From: Trichosphaerium sp. ATCC 40318
Lineage: Eukaryota > Protista > Tubulinea
DNA length: 64,000 nt
Assembly (NCBI GenBank): GCA_038496445.1
Contig: JALMLS010000471.1
Coordinates: 124,001-188,000, forward strand
Direction: 5' to 3'
A model generated the notes under the pieces. It was given only the letters and a program-made list of their open reading frames with translations. It did not search any database and was not told where the DNA came from. Of the stretch, positions 41,370 to 53,026 are shown piece after piece (position 1 is the stretch's first letter; each line of letters starts with the position of its first letter). The position numbers and the translations under genes are program-made.

Positions 41370-42341
41370 TATTGTAATCATATTATTACCATTCACTGAC
41401 AGACAGCTAAGTTTTATGACGGAGTGACTTTAGTCTAAAACCATGTTGATAAATCTACTCCTTTGACAGAAGAGTGCTAGAAACTCACTTTCTAGAAATT
41501 AAAGTACAACACATGTTCTCTAACTTCAGATTTATTGTTTACAGAACTCTTGAAGGTACAAAAGTATCCACTGCTACCCGTTGTGATAGTTTAGTATGCA
41601 ATTCGATATGTCCTTATTGCTTGTATTGTACGGAAGCAAAGTTCTAGTGTCGTAAGCTAAGCTAGGTAGCGGATGTTCAATTGACATTGAGTCGAGGGTG
41701 TCGTCAAAATGAACGTATGGGGCTGATATGATAGGATGGTAACAGTACGGCATCACGTGATCGAACTCGGTATTCAACAGAGGGTCCTCGACTAGTTCAG
41801 ATACACTCTCGAATCCTACAACTTGTAAGCAAAAAACTATATTCTAGTTGTTAGTTGTTGGTACCTGCTTGTTTAATTTGAGTAAGCTGTCTGAAATCAG
41901 TAGGGTTGAAGTCTTTAGTCATATCGGCGGGTCCTCCAGGATGAAAAAATACCACCTCGTTCAAAGCTATCCCATCAAACGTAACTTTTTTAAACTCTTT
42001 TCGTTTTTCCTAAAAAACCATAAGGTGTATGAAACTACAACTGACACCCAAGTACCTTCATACTTGATCTGATACCATAATTGTATGCATTACGTATTGT
42101 AGATCCGATTTTACCGTAGCTTAGTAAATCCTGAACCTGCTGGTCGTCGAGATAGATCAACCAACCACCAAGTTGTCCAGTTTTAAAACATACCTAATGT
42201 GTGTTAGTTTAATAAAAGACGGGAGCTACACGTGATTTTCTGCTATGGCTTTAGTTTGCTTGTACGTACAATACAACGCTTTGAATAGCGTCTATGCTTG
42301 CGGGATTCTGAAAGAAATTGGAGAAGAAAGTTAGCTGACAT
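41370..42341 (-). CDS. Divergent HSF-type DNA-binding-domain protein, paralog 1
   Basis: Spliced 'FLLQFLSESRKH...WLIYLDDQQVQDLLSYGKIGSTIRNAYNYGIR...NEVVFFHPG'; shared C-terminal 'PLPSLAYDTRTLLP'; 3' end approximate. Confidence 0.55.
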
Positions 42342-43625
42342 GACAAGTGTTGGTAGTTATGTTTGGTCTCAACAGAACTTAACAAAAAAACGGTCTTGTG
42401 GAATTCCAGACTCCAACACATAAAACTGTACATCCAAGGATTACAAAGACATTATAGTGGCCATTCACATACACAAATTAATCAGCTAACTAAAAAAGGT
42501 TAAGTGAACAAAACATCAACAAACAAAAAAAACCCGTAAATAGTTTTATGCGTGAACAAGATTTAACATAAAGTGGGAGATATATGGGGACTGCATGGTA
42601 TTAATAAGAATACCAATGATCTTTTGTATATGAGAAAAAAGTCTCTGTCCATAGAGCACCTTTTACACGTTGTCATTTTTTTGATGACCGCATTTATATT
42701 GCAGTAGTACCGTTATAAATACCGTGTTATAAATACTTTTTGGCAGTATTTGTAGAATTCTTAACAACAACAAAACGTACTTGTTTTTATTCCTTATCCA
42801 AAATCACGTGTCATCTGTAGAGTTAAGAGAAGTACCGATTTTTTTTCTTGAAATTATAAGCATCCGTTGTCAGTTTTGATAGCGCGATCATCGGAGACTG
42901 GTGCATCAAAAGATGATCAAAAATACATCTCTTTAAAGCCGTGCATACGCCTGGCACGTACAGTGATCTCCATGAGAACCGGTGAACACAGAAGTGATAC
43001 AACAAAAAAACTATGAAGGATAATTGAAGAAACAGAACATCTCTTTACGCTAGTTTACGCAGAACACAAGAATTAACGTTAACATATGCATTAACTTGTA
43101 GTACTAACCACTAATGGAAATATTATTAACTACTAGCGTACTGGGAATGATAACGATTGGTCGTTACGATAATTTACAACCAGTAATATTTACTCTTTGT
43201 TTCGAACAGTGTTCGAACGTTGCCTTGCCCCGACACACGCTCTAATGCCGACATTTGAGAGAAAACATTGGATATGGTCGTAACAGCCGCAAGTTTCGTA
43301 CAAAAAAGGTAAGGAGAACAGTTCCCAGTTGTGATATTAATGAATGAAAATGCGTGTACTTTCATCTAGCGTGTAAATTCTTCTCCTGGCTACGCTAAGC
43401 AAATGTGTAACCACAAGTTATGCTGCACCAATGATGTAAAAGGCACGTGATAGTATTGTAGCGGTAAAATTTTATTGTCGGACTATTACATCGCGAAGTT
43501 GCGTGTGTTAATCTAGCTGGCTTCGCTGTATCATATTCACAATTAACTGGACTCTTAATAAAATGTTCATGGTGTAACTACAAAAAACGTTTTCAGGAAA
43601 CACGAGGAATGGTCAAACTGTTAGA

Positions 43626-43873
43626 CCAATCCTCAATCCCAACAAACTATCTGGGAGGAAAAGAACACTGTCCCTGACCATAGCTCTGGCGCAGAGCAGG
43701 CGTGTGTGTGGTTTATTTACATAGAGCGACAGGGAGTGCATTGAAACAAATAAAAGAAATGGGGGTTAGATCAGACCTGTGCCAATCAATCAGCAAAGAC
43801 GATCTGGGAGGAGAGGAACACATCTGTCCCTGACAGATAGCTCTAGCGCAGAGCGAGCGTGTGTGGTTTTTTT
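43626..43873 (+). repeat. Two diverged GC-rich tandem units (about 156-bp period) with conserved hairpins and T-rich ends
   Basis: 'CCAATC...ATCTGGGAGGA...TGTCCCTGAC...ATAGCTCTrGCGCAGAGC...GTGTGTGGTTT' at 43626-43714 and 43782-43873. Confidence 0.8.
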
Positions 43874-43981
43874 ACCCATATCAATCCTCTATCCAAGGTT
43901 GATAGTCAAGTTCGTTCTGACCAAACGTCTGAAATGTCTTCATGTTCAGTCATAAATGATAGGGACACTCGCTCAATATTC

Positions 43982-44760
43982 TTTTTTTTTTTTTTTGAGG
44001 TAAAGCTGGTTTATTAATAAAACCTCAGAATGCATTGGTAGGACCAACAGCAACTAGCGGTGCTTGTACATTTTTACAATATTATACTTTTTTTTTCAGG
44101 TTTTTAGTTTTTCGTGTTCGTGCACTACTCCACATACGAGCTGAGCCATACTGATCGGTTTCTTGTACGGACTGGTGTGGATGGTGCCAACCTTGCCTCA
44201 GGCACTGGTGTGCCATCAAGAAGGATGTGAGAGATCTCGTGACCCACTGCGAACGCCCCGTCGTTGTATTGAAGGCGCTAAAGAAGAGCTGACGGATTTT
44301 TGTATGCTCAAAAGGCGTGAAGTCGTGACTGTAATTGGGATCAAACACCCAATATTCTATGTTATCGTTATAAACCGCCCAAGGCGGTGACTTAATGCTG
44401 TCATTGATATTGACTGCCAGCAAATAATATTTCTTGAACCTAAACCGGACTTCCTTTGAAGTCAAGGGTGTACCATCATACTTGATATCATTACGTACCT
44501 TCCATATAATGGACATGATGATTGATATAGCCAGTAGCGCTGATACATCTCTGTCAAAGCTAAAGAGAGTATCCAGGCCCCACGTACCATCTAACAAAAC
44601 TAAGTAAGGTCCTCCAGCAGTGTGGCAATCGCTTGTGCTGGTTTCCACTCCCAAAATATAACCTCATGTTTTTCATAAGGCCTAGCCATGATCCTGTGAG
44701 TAACAGAGCACCCGCATAAGGTAACGCCATAAATTATCTCTGGGATGATTGCACCCTTTG
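43982..44760 (-). mobile_element. 3' fragment of an L1/Tx1-like non-LTR retrotransposon with poly(A) tail
   Basis: ORF 44082..44654 has 'SIIWKVRNDIKYD' (IWKxRN motif of L1-type ORF2 C-termini); minus-strand AATAAA near 44010 then A15 (43982-43996); 5' boundary approximate and no TSD found. Confidence 0.7.
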
Positions 44761-44779
44761 ATGCACCTAAGTGAGCCTA

Positions 44780-45859
44780 CTATATACTTGTAATCGTACA
44801 ATTTAAAACATCAACCACTGAGAGCTTTTTTGCCGCATAGCGTTTAAGTGGAAGTCAACATGCTTGTTTCAAACAAATTTGAACAAAGCTAAAGGCTTAG
44901 AAATAACTTATTAATAATTTATTATTTTAACAAGAAGCAGTTACCAATCTCGATAGTTTACTGTCATGTTTGAAATATCTAAATTCCCTGCATCATTTGG
45001 AAGCAAAGTCCTTGTGTCGTATGCCAAAGTTGGTAATGGATACTCACTATGATCTGGTTCAACTACTCTTTCTTCTGTATCGTCCTGAGAAGAATTGAGG
45101 CTGCTATAACCATGATCTGTTGTTGTAGATGGATCATCTGAGTCTATAGAGGAATCAAGGGCGTTGCTAAAATTGACTTGTGCTTCTGATAAGATAGGAG
45201 GTAAGAAATTACTTGAGTCTCTGTTTTGATGCGAGTGGTTTGTTTCGTACACTTGTGGATTCTCTGTTATTTGTGTAACGCATTTAAAACCTAATCACGT
45301 TGTCAGAAGGTTGTTTTTTGAGTTTGATTTTAGCTGTACCTCGTCGTATATAGTGAGTTAGACGTTTGAATTCATTTGGATTATAGTCTTTTGTCATATC
45401 AGCAGGGCCTCCAGGATGGAAAAATACAAACTCGTTCAACGTTACTCCGTAAAACTCAACTTTTTTAAATGTTTGACGTCGTCTCTAAACATGAAAGATA
45501 AGAACAAGCTGAGCAGTAAAGTTGCTAAAATTCAAAGAACACATGGTAAAACCACCCAAATACCTCCATACTTGATCTGATACCATAGCTATACGCATTT
45601 CGTACTGTAGGTTCGATATCACTGTAATTTAGTAAATCATGAAGCTGTTGGTCGTCAAGATAGATCAACCAACCGAATTGACTTCCATCTTTAAAGTACA
45701 CCTAGTTTACTGTTTAACTTTGGGGCAAAAAGGGATATCACGTGATTAAAAATATTTTAGGTTTTCAAGTCTAATACGTATGCTTACTACACAGCGCTTT
45801 GAATAACATCTGTATTTACGTGCATATTTAAGAAATTGATGAAGAAATGTTCTTGCCAT
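44780..45859 (-). CDS. Divergent HSF-type DBD protein, paralog 2
   Basis: 'MARTFLHQFLKYARKY...WLIYLDDQQLHDLLNYSDIEPTVRNAYSYGIR...NEFVFFHPG'; same exon layout as paralog 1. Confidence 0.55.
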
Positions 45860-46199
45860 GGTCTCTCCTGGTTTTCTTTTGTTGAATAAGTCAACTACAC
45901 TTAATGTGCACATTAACGGGTTACCCAAACCGTTTAAAAAAGCCGTGTATATTTTTTTGGAGTACATGGCCATCACTTTATAGTGCAGACGTGATATCAT
46001 AGGTGTTATCAGATCATGAAAAGCAGTAAAAACTGTCCATTGGCGTTAACAAGATTCATTGAAAGAAAAAGAAAAACCCTTGACCCTCGTTGTGATTTTG
46101 GGTATGTGCACGGCTTACTTGATAGGTAAGAAAAACTTCGCTCAATTAAATAGACATTTTGGAAGTATTTGGATGGGATTAAACTTTGATGTATTTGAG

Positions 46200-47105
46200 T
46201 AAAGTGATTTATTTGAGTACAGAATTTTACAGAATAAATTAAAGGTGGTTGTAGACACAAGCGAATGAAGTGGTCGGTGTTACCCATTGTAATAGTGTAA
46301 TATAGAGTTCGATACGTCTCTGTTGCTAGTATCATGTGGAAGTAAGGTATTGGTATCGTATGCCAGTGGCGGTAGTGGCGGGTGACAATCAGTTGAGTCA
46401 GTGGTTGAAGATTCAATTGACATCTCATCTAAGTCCACAGAAGAATCGATGTTGTTACTAAACGTAACACGTGCTTCTGACAAGATAGGTGGGAAATAAC
46501 ATTGTTGGCTTCGAGCGCAGCGTTTTTTGTATGACAACGTACGATCCTCGACTACTTTTGTTACGCTTTTGAAACCTACATTCTTTTAGAAATTTTCTTG
46601 AAATCATGTTTGTTTACCTGGTTGGTTAAAATGAGTCAGTTTTTTGAATTCGTTTGGATTATAGTCTTCTGTCATGTCATCAGGGCCTCCAGGATGGAAA
46701 AATACAAATTCGTTCAATGTGATGCCATCAAAAGTAACTCGCTTAAACTCTTGGCGTTTTTTCTAAATGTTTAAGATTCACAGAAACTGCGTAAAAACAG
46801 CACAAGATACCTTTAGAGTTGATCTGATGCCGTAACTGTAAGCATTGCGTACAGTAGATTCAATATCACTATATCTTAACACTGCTTGAACCTGTTGGTC
46901 GTCAAGATAGATCAACCAACCGTCAAGATCTCCATCTTTAAAAGATACCTTTGTAACTGTAAGTGTTATTAACGTAGTAAAAATAGGACTACACGTGATA
47001 AACTAAAGAATTATACGGTGGAAATACACGTACGAGGCAAGGCGTAGAATAGCGTCTATATTTCTTGGCATGTTTAAGAAACTGTCGAAGAAACGTTGTT
47101 GACAT
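46200..47105 (-). CDS. Divergent HSF-type DBD protein, paralog 3
   Basis: 'MSTTFLRQFLKHAKKY...WLIYLDDQQVQAVLRYSDIESTVRNAYSYGIR...NEFVFFHPG'; 'PLPPLAYDTNTLLP'. Confidence 0.55.
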
Positions 47106-48653
47106 CAAAGTTGGTGTACGCAATATTAGCCTAACAGTTACTGAACTTAACTGGTAGAATGTGCAGTCGATTGTAGTATATTCGCAATACCCATAATTCT
47201 TCATGGAGGAGGCTACCAGCAGCTTTATTGCCAGTAACAAAGATAGACCTGTTTCAATAAAAGTAAATAAATAGCGAATAATATTCGCTAACCAAAAAGA
47301 ATATCTATGAAACTTAAAACCGTACAATACAAAGACACATGTTAATATCAAACAGTTTATACAACATAAATACTTACATGGAAAAAGGAGGATCACGGAG
47401 GGGTAGTGTACACAAGTGCCACAAATTATTATCTTCTTTTCAAGAAAAATACAAAATGGGTCCAAAAGACGCTAGCGTGCGTTCCAATCATCAAAGGGTT
47501 CATAAACCTACCTAATAAAGTACAGTACTACTGGTACATAAATGCACACTATCTCAAAAGTGTAAGAATTTCCGGTTAACAGAGAAACACAGAACGTAAA
47601 AAAAATTTGTTTCTTCACACGTGGTACGAAAAGCTATGTGTCTACTGACAAGTTTTTGGAGGAAGTACCTTTTATTTTTCCTTTAAAACCGACACCCATG
47701 TTGTTAAATACTTCGTTATAGACTAGCTGTGGATATATAAATAGAAGAGTGTCGTTGCGTTGATCACGCGATATCATTCCACATAAGCACAAAAAAAAAG
47801 AACGGGCATCATTAATGCGTATACTACGCACGTGGGTAAGTATTGAGCTTATTTTAGTTTTGTTTAAGAACGAGCCGTCTTTTTTTTTGTGTTTCCACTA
47901 CAGTGTGCACGTGAATGTACCATAAAGAACCAAAAACCGTCATAAAACAACATTTTTAGTATTTTTATGTTTTTCATAGCATTGGACTTCTATAGTGCCG
48001 TCTTTTTACCCGATCTGTAAACTTCGAAGCAATTGTATGTTGACGCTTTGACAATTCTACTTGGCTTAAACAGTGAAAAAGAGAACTCTTGAACTTCGTG
48101 TCTAAGTTGTTCATACATGCTTTTCCCTATCACCCTGATATACACGGTTACACAATAATAGCTACAAGTTCTTTGCTTTCGTCATCAGTGTTCAGAACTA
48201 ACAACGCACAGTGCTTGCAATATCAGGTATTGTCGGAAAAACAGAAGTTAAAAGAAATTCCATAGTGAATTGATTTTGGAAACATTTTAAAGCAACGCAC
48301 ATTTCTTTGTATACTGTAACAAGATACGTTTAAAACAAAAACAATTTTGTACGCTATTATTAAAGCATTTTGATTCGACACTGCCACAACGCAGCACCTT
48401 TATTACCATCTTTATTACAATACAAAATACAAAAAAATCACCATCTCCGAAATCAAGGTTAAAAAGAGGACACTGTTCCATCTGCATCAAAAGCTCACCT
48501 CCATAGAATGGATAATCAGCACATTGCAGCCATACCGGATCGCCACCAAGGATTTTCGTATCCTACGCTATCCTGTACTATTTTAACTTCGGTCAAGAAC
48601 TCGCAAAGTCCAGAGAAGTCACCAAGTTTTTTGTAAATCTTTGTATTGAGTCT

Positions 48654-51002
48654 ATGAATTGCGGTTATCACATACCCAATACTAACATAAAGATACCCAT
48701 CATAGCATATGCAGATGATATAAAGTTAATAGCAAACTCATACAAAGACTTGATAAAGATGTTCAATAAACTCCAAGAATGGTGTAGATTTTACGGTATG
48801 AAAATTAATGAGAAAAAATCTGCATTTTCCTACGTGTGTAGATCTGACCCGTCAGCTCTCTTTCCCCCTCCCAAAGCAAACAATAAACACATATCATTCC
48901 TAAAACCAGAGGAGTCATATAAAGACTTAGGGATTTTAATTAACCTAAGACTAGACAATACAGATCAAACAACAGAAATCAAAAGAAGACATGCCAATGG
49001 TCTATCTTTGATCCGTTTCAAAGGTTTCAACGCAACTCAAAAAACTACAATAATCAACCGCGTTATTAACCCAGGTATATCATTCGTAACTAACGCAATG
49101 TTCATTAACCCATCAGTCCTAAAAAAATGTGATAATAATGCTGCAGACCTTCTAAGATCAGATGCAAAAATACCTTGGAAACTTAAACCAGAGAGAATCT
49201 TTTTGAAACATACCGGTCTCGGCCTGGAACCATTAGTTGACTTACAAAATGCAGGTTTTATCAGCAATTTGATCTCTAACGGCATGAATAGTACAAACAA
49301 CTTAGCTAAACAAATCACAAATGCAAGCATACGCTTAGCCCATCAAAAATTCCACCCAAATCATATGATATGCCAAGCCACACAAATTTGTAAACAGCTA
49401 GGAATAAAAATCATACATAAATCTGATCGTTCAATTCATAGAACAGAACACACAATTAACAGAATGGATAAGCAGACTTTTGAATCAAACTGTAACAAAG
49501 TACAATCAAAATATGTTTTGGCTACCGACGGTTCAGTAACATCTAAAGGTGCATATTTCTCAGTTGTACTTAACACGATGATGAAATTTAATCGTACAGT
49601 TTTATTTGAACAAACATCTACAAATGCAGAACTGGAAGCAATAGAACTTGCACTCAAATTAGCTCCCTTAGAAGTAGACATCATGATACTAGTAGACTCC
49701 ACATCAGCAATTAATGGCATCGAAAACTGGAAAGACAAACCTATAAATATACAAAGGAAAGTTGATCATGCTCATACACTAAATCGTATTCACCATCAGC
49801 TAAATATGAGAACTGGTTCAACCACATTTGAGTGGATCCCAAGCCATACAAAAACAGATAAACAGAAACGTAACAGACACAACATTGTGCAAAGAATAAA
49901 ACAGATTGAAGAAAAGTACTCCAAAAAAACAGCATCACTTTTTATACATCTAAATGACATAGCGGATAGAATGGCAGGTATATCAAAAACTGCAGTAATT
50001 CCGTCGAAGAATATACCTATAGGAAGTGAAGATTGGGTTATAACAAAACCGACAAAGGCGATACAAGGAAATTTATTCAGAAAATTAAAATCCATTCAAC
50101 ATGAAAAACACGTGTTAAGCTTACAAAACAATGCTTTTGACCACGGAAGGACCAGAAAAAACTTAATACTTTCATTATCATCCTACACACCTATCACACA
50201 CCTTTCAACCCCAATCAAGCTTTGGCTCCTAAAAGTAAGAACTAACACACTACCCCTTAATGAATTTCAACACAAACGCAGTAAGACCAAAGGTCATGTC
50301 CAAGCATATCAACTTTGCAATCAAATTAAATACCCCAATGATTATTGTACTCTATGTAAACAAAAAAACACTCAGTGTACAGAAAATTTTAATCATTTTT
50401 GCACCTGCGAGAACATAAAGTCTAAGATAGATATCAAATACCACACAAATAGAATAATACAAGAATTTCTAGGTAAAAATAAAGATACAAAAGATCCTAT
50501 AACATTATACAACGAACATGCAGGTGGAAACAACTTATTTTGCAAATCTAAGTGGCCAACCAAGAATAAAACTAATCCAACATACGACCAAATAGAACTT
50601 GCGAAACTCGGTAGCTCCATTACAATTAAAACAAAAGATTACAATATCAAACCTTGGTACTTAACCAAAAACAATTCCAACCCCACAAACTTCAGAGGCT
50701 CACAAGGATATGTCACAAAAGAATTCATAAGCGAACTTAAAGAGAAAACTGGTACAAACAAAACTAATTTAATCAACGCCCTAGCTAAACGACTGAACCA
50801 CATGTACATCACTTATCTATATAACAAATACTGTACTAGATGCCTAGAAACCCACACCTTAAAAAAATCAAAAGGTCAACATGTACCGATGCACTACGTA
50901 AGATGGCAAGCCAAAGTCATACGCATGCGTCAATTCCTACCAATCACAAATGCAATACCTCTTTTTCCCAACACAACTAATACTAATACGGTAATCACAT
51001 AG
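48654..51002 (+). CDS. Non-LTR ORF2 C-terminal part: RT (YADD onward), RNase H, zinc knuckle
   Basis: 'IIAYADDIKL', 'GMKINEKKS', 'YKDLGI'; RNase H 'TDGS','AELEAI','VDSTSA','WIPSH','NDIADRMA'; 'CTLC...HFCTC'. Confidence 0.92.
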   Translation: MNCGYHIPNTNIKIPIIAYADDIKLIANSYKDLIKMFNKLQEWCRFYGMKINEKKSAFSYVCRSDPSALFPPPKANNKHISFLKPEESYKDLGILINLRLDNTDQTTEIKRRHANGLSLIRFKGFNATQKTTIINRVINPGISFVTNAMFINPSVLKKCDNNAADLLRSDAKIPWKLKPERIFLKHTGLGLEPLVDLQNAGFISNLISNGMNSTNNLAKQITNASIRLAHQKFHPNHMICQATQICKQLGIKIIHKSDRSIHRTEHTINRMDKQTFESNCNKVQSKYVLATDGSVTSKGAYFSVVLNTMMKFNRTVLFEQTSTNAELEAIELALKLAPLEVDIMILVDSTSAINGIENWKDKPINIQRKVDHAHTLNRIHHQLNMRTGSTTFEWIPSHTKTDKQKRNRHNIVQRIKQIEEKYSKKTASLFIHLNDIADRMAGISKTAVIPSKNIPIGSEDWVITKPTKAIQGNLFRKLKSIQHEKHVLSLQNNAFDHGRTRKNLILSLSSYTPITHLSTPIKLWLLKVRTNTLPLNEFQHKRSKTKGHVQAYQLCNQIKYPNDYCTLCKQKNTQCTENFNHFCTCENIKSKIDIKYHTNRIIQEFLGKNKDTKDPITLYNEHAGGNNLFCKSKWPTKNKTNPTYDQIELAKLGSSITIKTKDYNIKPWYLTKNNSNPTNFRGSQGYVTKEFISELKEKTGTNKTNLINALAKRLNHMYITYLYNKYCTRCLETHTLKKSKGQHVPMHYVRWQAKVIRMRQFLPITNAIPLFPNTTNTNTVIT

Positions 51003-51013
51003 CATTTGTTATA

Positions 51014-51070
51014 ACAGCCAACCCAAACGCTTCGGCGTAGCCCTTTGGAGGCTAGAGGTGGGTTGGCTGT
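51014..51070 (+). other. Structured 3' UTR of the LINE (three-way junction)
   Basis: 12-bp stem ACAGCCAACCCA/TGGGTTGGCTGT encloses CGC-TTCG-GCG and TAGCC-CTTTGGA-GGCTA hairpins. Confidence 0.8.
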
Positions 51071-51611
51071 ATAAAGATCGTTATTGACTTTTTTTTTTTT
51101 TTTTTTTTTTTTTTGTAAATCTTTGTCGATTCTCTTATGCCCATTCTAAGGTTGGTCCTGTTGGGTGTTTCAACGCATTTGCATACCAAATTAACGCCCG
51201 GTTGAAGGATTACAGCGTTTTCTCCTTCATCAGCTAAACAGCTATCCTCGTCATAAAAAGGTAGAGCCAGCGTCACTGTATATCTATTGCGCACGTGCGT
51301 AGCTGTTTTCGTTATTTGAGTTCATTTTAAAAATAAAACCTTCTCTCTTATTAATCAATCACTAAACGCACAGTGCGCACGTGAGTGTATCTTGAAAAAG
51401 CAAAAACTTGAAAGCGTTGAAAAGTTTTATCATTGTTGGCGTAGACTGCCAAAGTTTGCTACGTTACGATATTCTTTCTGACATCCTACGTTCTAACCGC
51501 GAAGCATGGTAGACAGCAGAAAAGACAATGGCTTACACGGTCAGCTACAATATTTTATATATGTCGTTTTGTAAAACGAGTAATACAGGAACAGGAACAG
51601 TAAGCAAGTAT

Positions 51612-52977
51612 TTATTCGGCCTTAGCCGCCTCTTGTTTTTTTTTTTCATCTGCTTTTTTATTTGCTTCCACGCGCTGTTTGGTTATCAATCCACAATCAC
51701 GTATTACTTGTTCCCTTTCCTCCTCGGAGTTACAACGTTCCACTACGTCTGTATGTCCTTTTTTGTAATGTGATCTACGGCTGTAAACTCTGATGAGCAT
51801 GTCACAAATCTCTTCTTTCGAATTAACATTCTGGATATAACCAAAGTAAGTCCCAGCACTGGAGAAAGCCAATACCAAGGTGTATTTCAAAATACCGTTA
51901 TCTAAAAGTGAGGTAGATTGTTTTATCTTTAACTGTGGGATAAACACATTGCTATTGCCACAGTTGAATTCGAAACTGGTTACTATGTTGCTTGTTTGCT
52001 TAGTGATATTGCACTGATAGTGTGATGCGTTTTTGGTTGGGAAATACACGGTAATTTCTTTGCGATGTTTACCACATGCTTGTGGAACGAATTTTTTCTC
52101 CTTATGTAATAATTTAGTTGGTCGGAATACGTTTGAATAATAACCATACTGTACTGGCTCTACATTGAGACAACATCATCGCAAAAATCCAGGTGTACAC
52201 AAGGGGTAAAGGGAAATTTTGCATTGCTTCTACTTACACATCAGTGGTTCTTACATAATGTTATGATTTTTGGCATACCTTTGTCTGTTGTGGACTTACG
52301 TGCGTTTACTTTGCTACACTGGTTTGGCTCAACGACCATATCATCGCTCATCACTGTGGCGGAATAAGATGGATTCTCAAAGCCGCGATATTTTGTAATT
52401 CCGTCGTATGGGTCTATTTCCATATGATCATTGTCAAAATGATCTACCACACGTTAGGTCTAATACTTGAATGTATTCCTTACCTCTAGCTTCGTTTTGC
52501 TGCGATGCCTGGAATTGTTCTATAATATCTGCAATTGCGTGGTTACCGAAGGAACGAGCTACCATTCGTAGAGTCTTATATTCGTAGTCTGACAAAAATT
52601 TGGTTCCTGTTTTTTTAAGTAAGACCGTAGACAACTAAATGACACTCTGTCATACCTGCGTTCAACAAACAAAGAACAATGTTTTCGTGGCCAATTTTAG
52701 CAGCTAAGTGTAGCGGTGTTTCCCCTTGTAGGTTTTGGGCGTTTATATCTAATCCAAGTCTCACAAGTTCCTCAACAGAGCGTTCTTTCCCTTTGTAAAC
52801 AGCGAAGTGCAGTAGTGTTTTTAACCCTATTTTTCGAATTAAACTAAAAGGGGGTTATGAACCCAACGTACGACTATCGGTATGGAGCTCAAGGTCTTCT
52901 CGGGGGTTCGATTCAACAATTTGCTCGATCTGTTGTAGATCTTCAAGCAGTATCGCCTCATTTGCATCTTTTCGCAT
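51612..52977 (-). CDS. Ankyrin-repeat protein, multi-exon; downstream part appears disrupted
   Basis: 'KTLLHFAVYKGKERSVEELVRLGLDINAQNLQGETPLHLAAKIGHENIVLCLL'; stop at 52241 precedes further coding-like sequence (51612..52049). Confidence 0.7.
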
Positions 52978-53026
52978 AGTTAATAGAAAGTATTGGCTGT
53001 TGTCGTACCCAGGCGCGCAATGCTCA

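Larger units (their letters stand above)
48645..51108 (+). mobile_element. 5'-truncated non-LTR retrotransposon (RT-RNase H-CCHC) with poly(T) tail and 18-bp TSD
   Basis: TSD TTTTTTGTAAATCTTTGT at 48627-48644 and 51109-51126; T-run 51089-51114 follows the 3' UTR; intact ORF inside. Confidence 0.93.

Noticed and set aside
43815-43865. Possible hammerhead ribozyme
   Set aside because: No CUGANGA or GAAA core on either strand.
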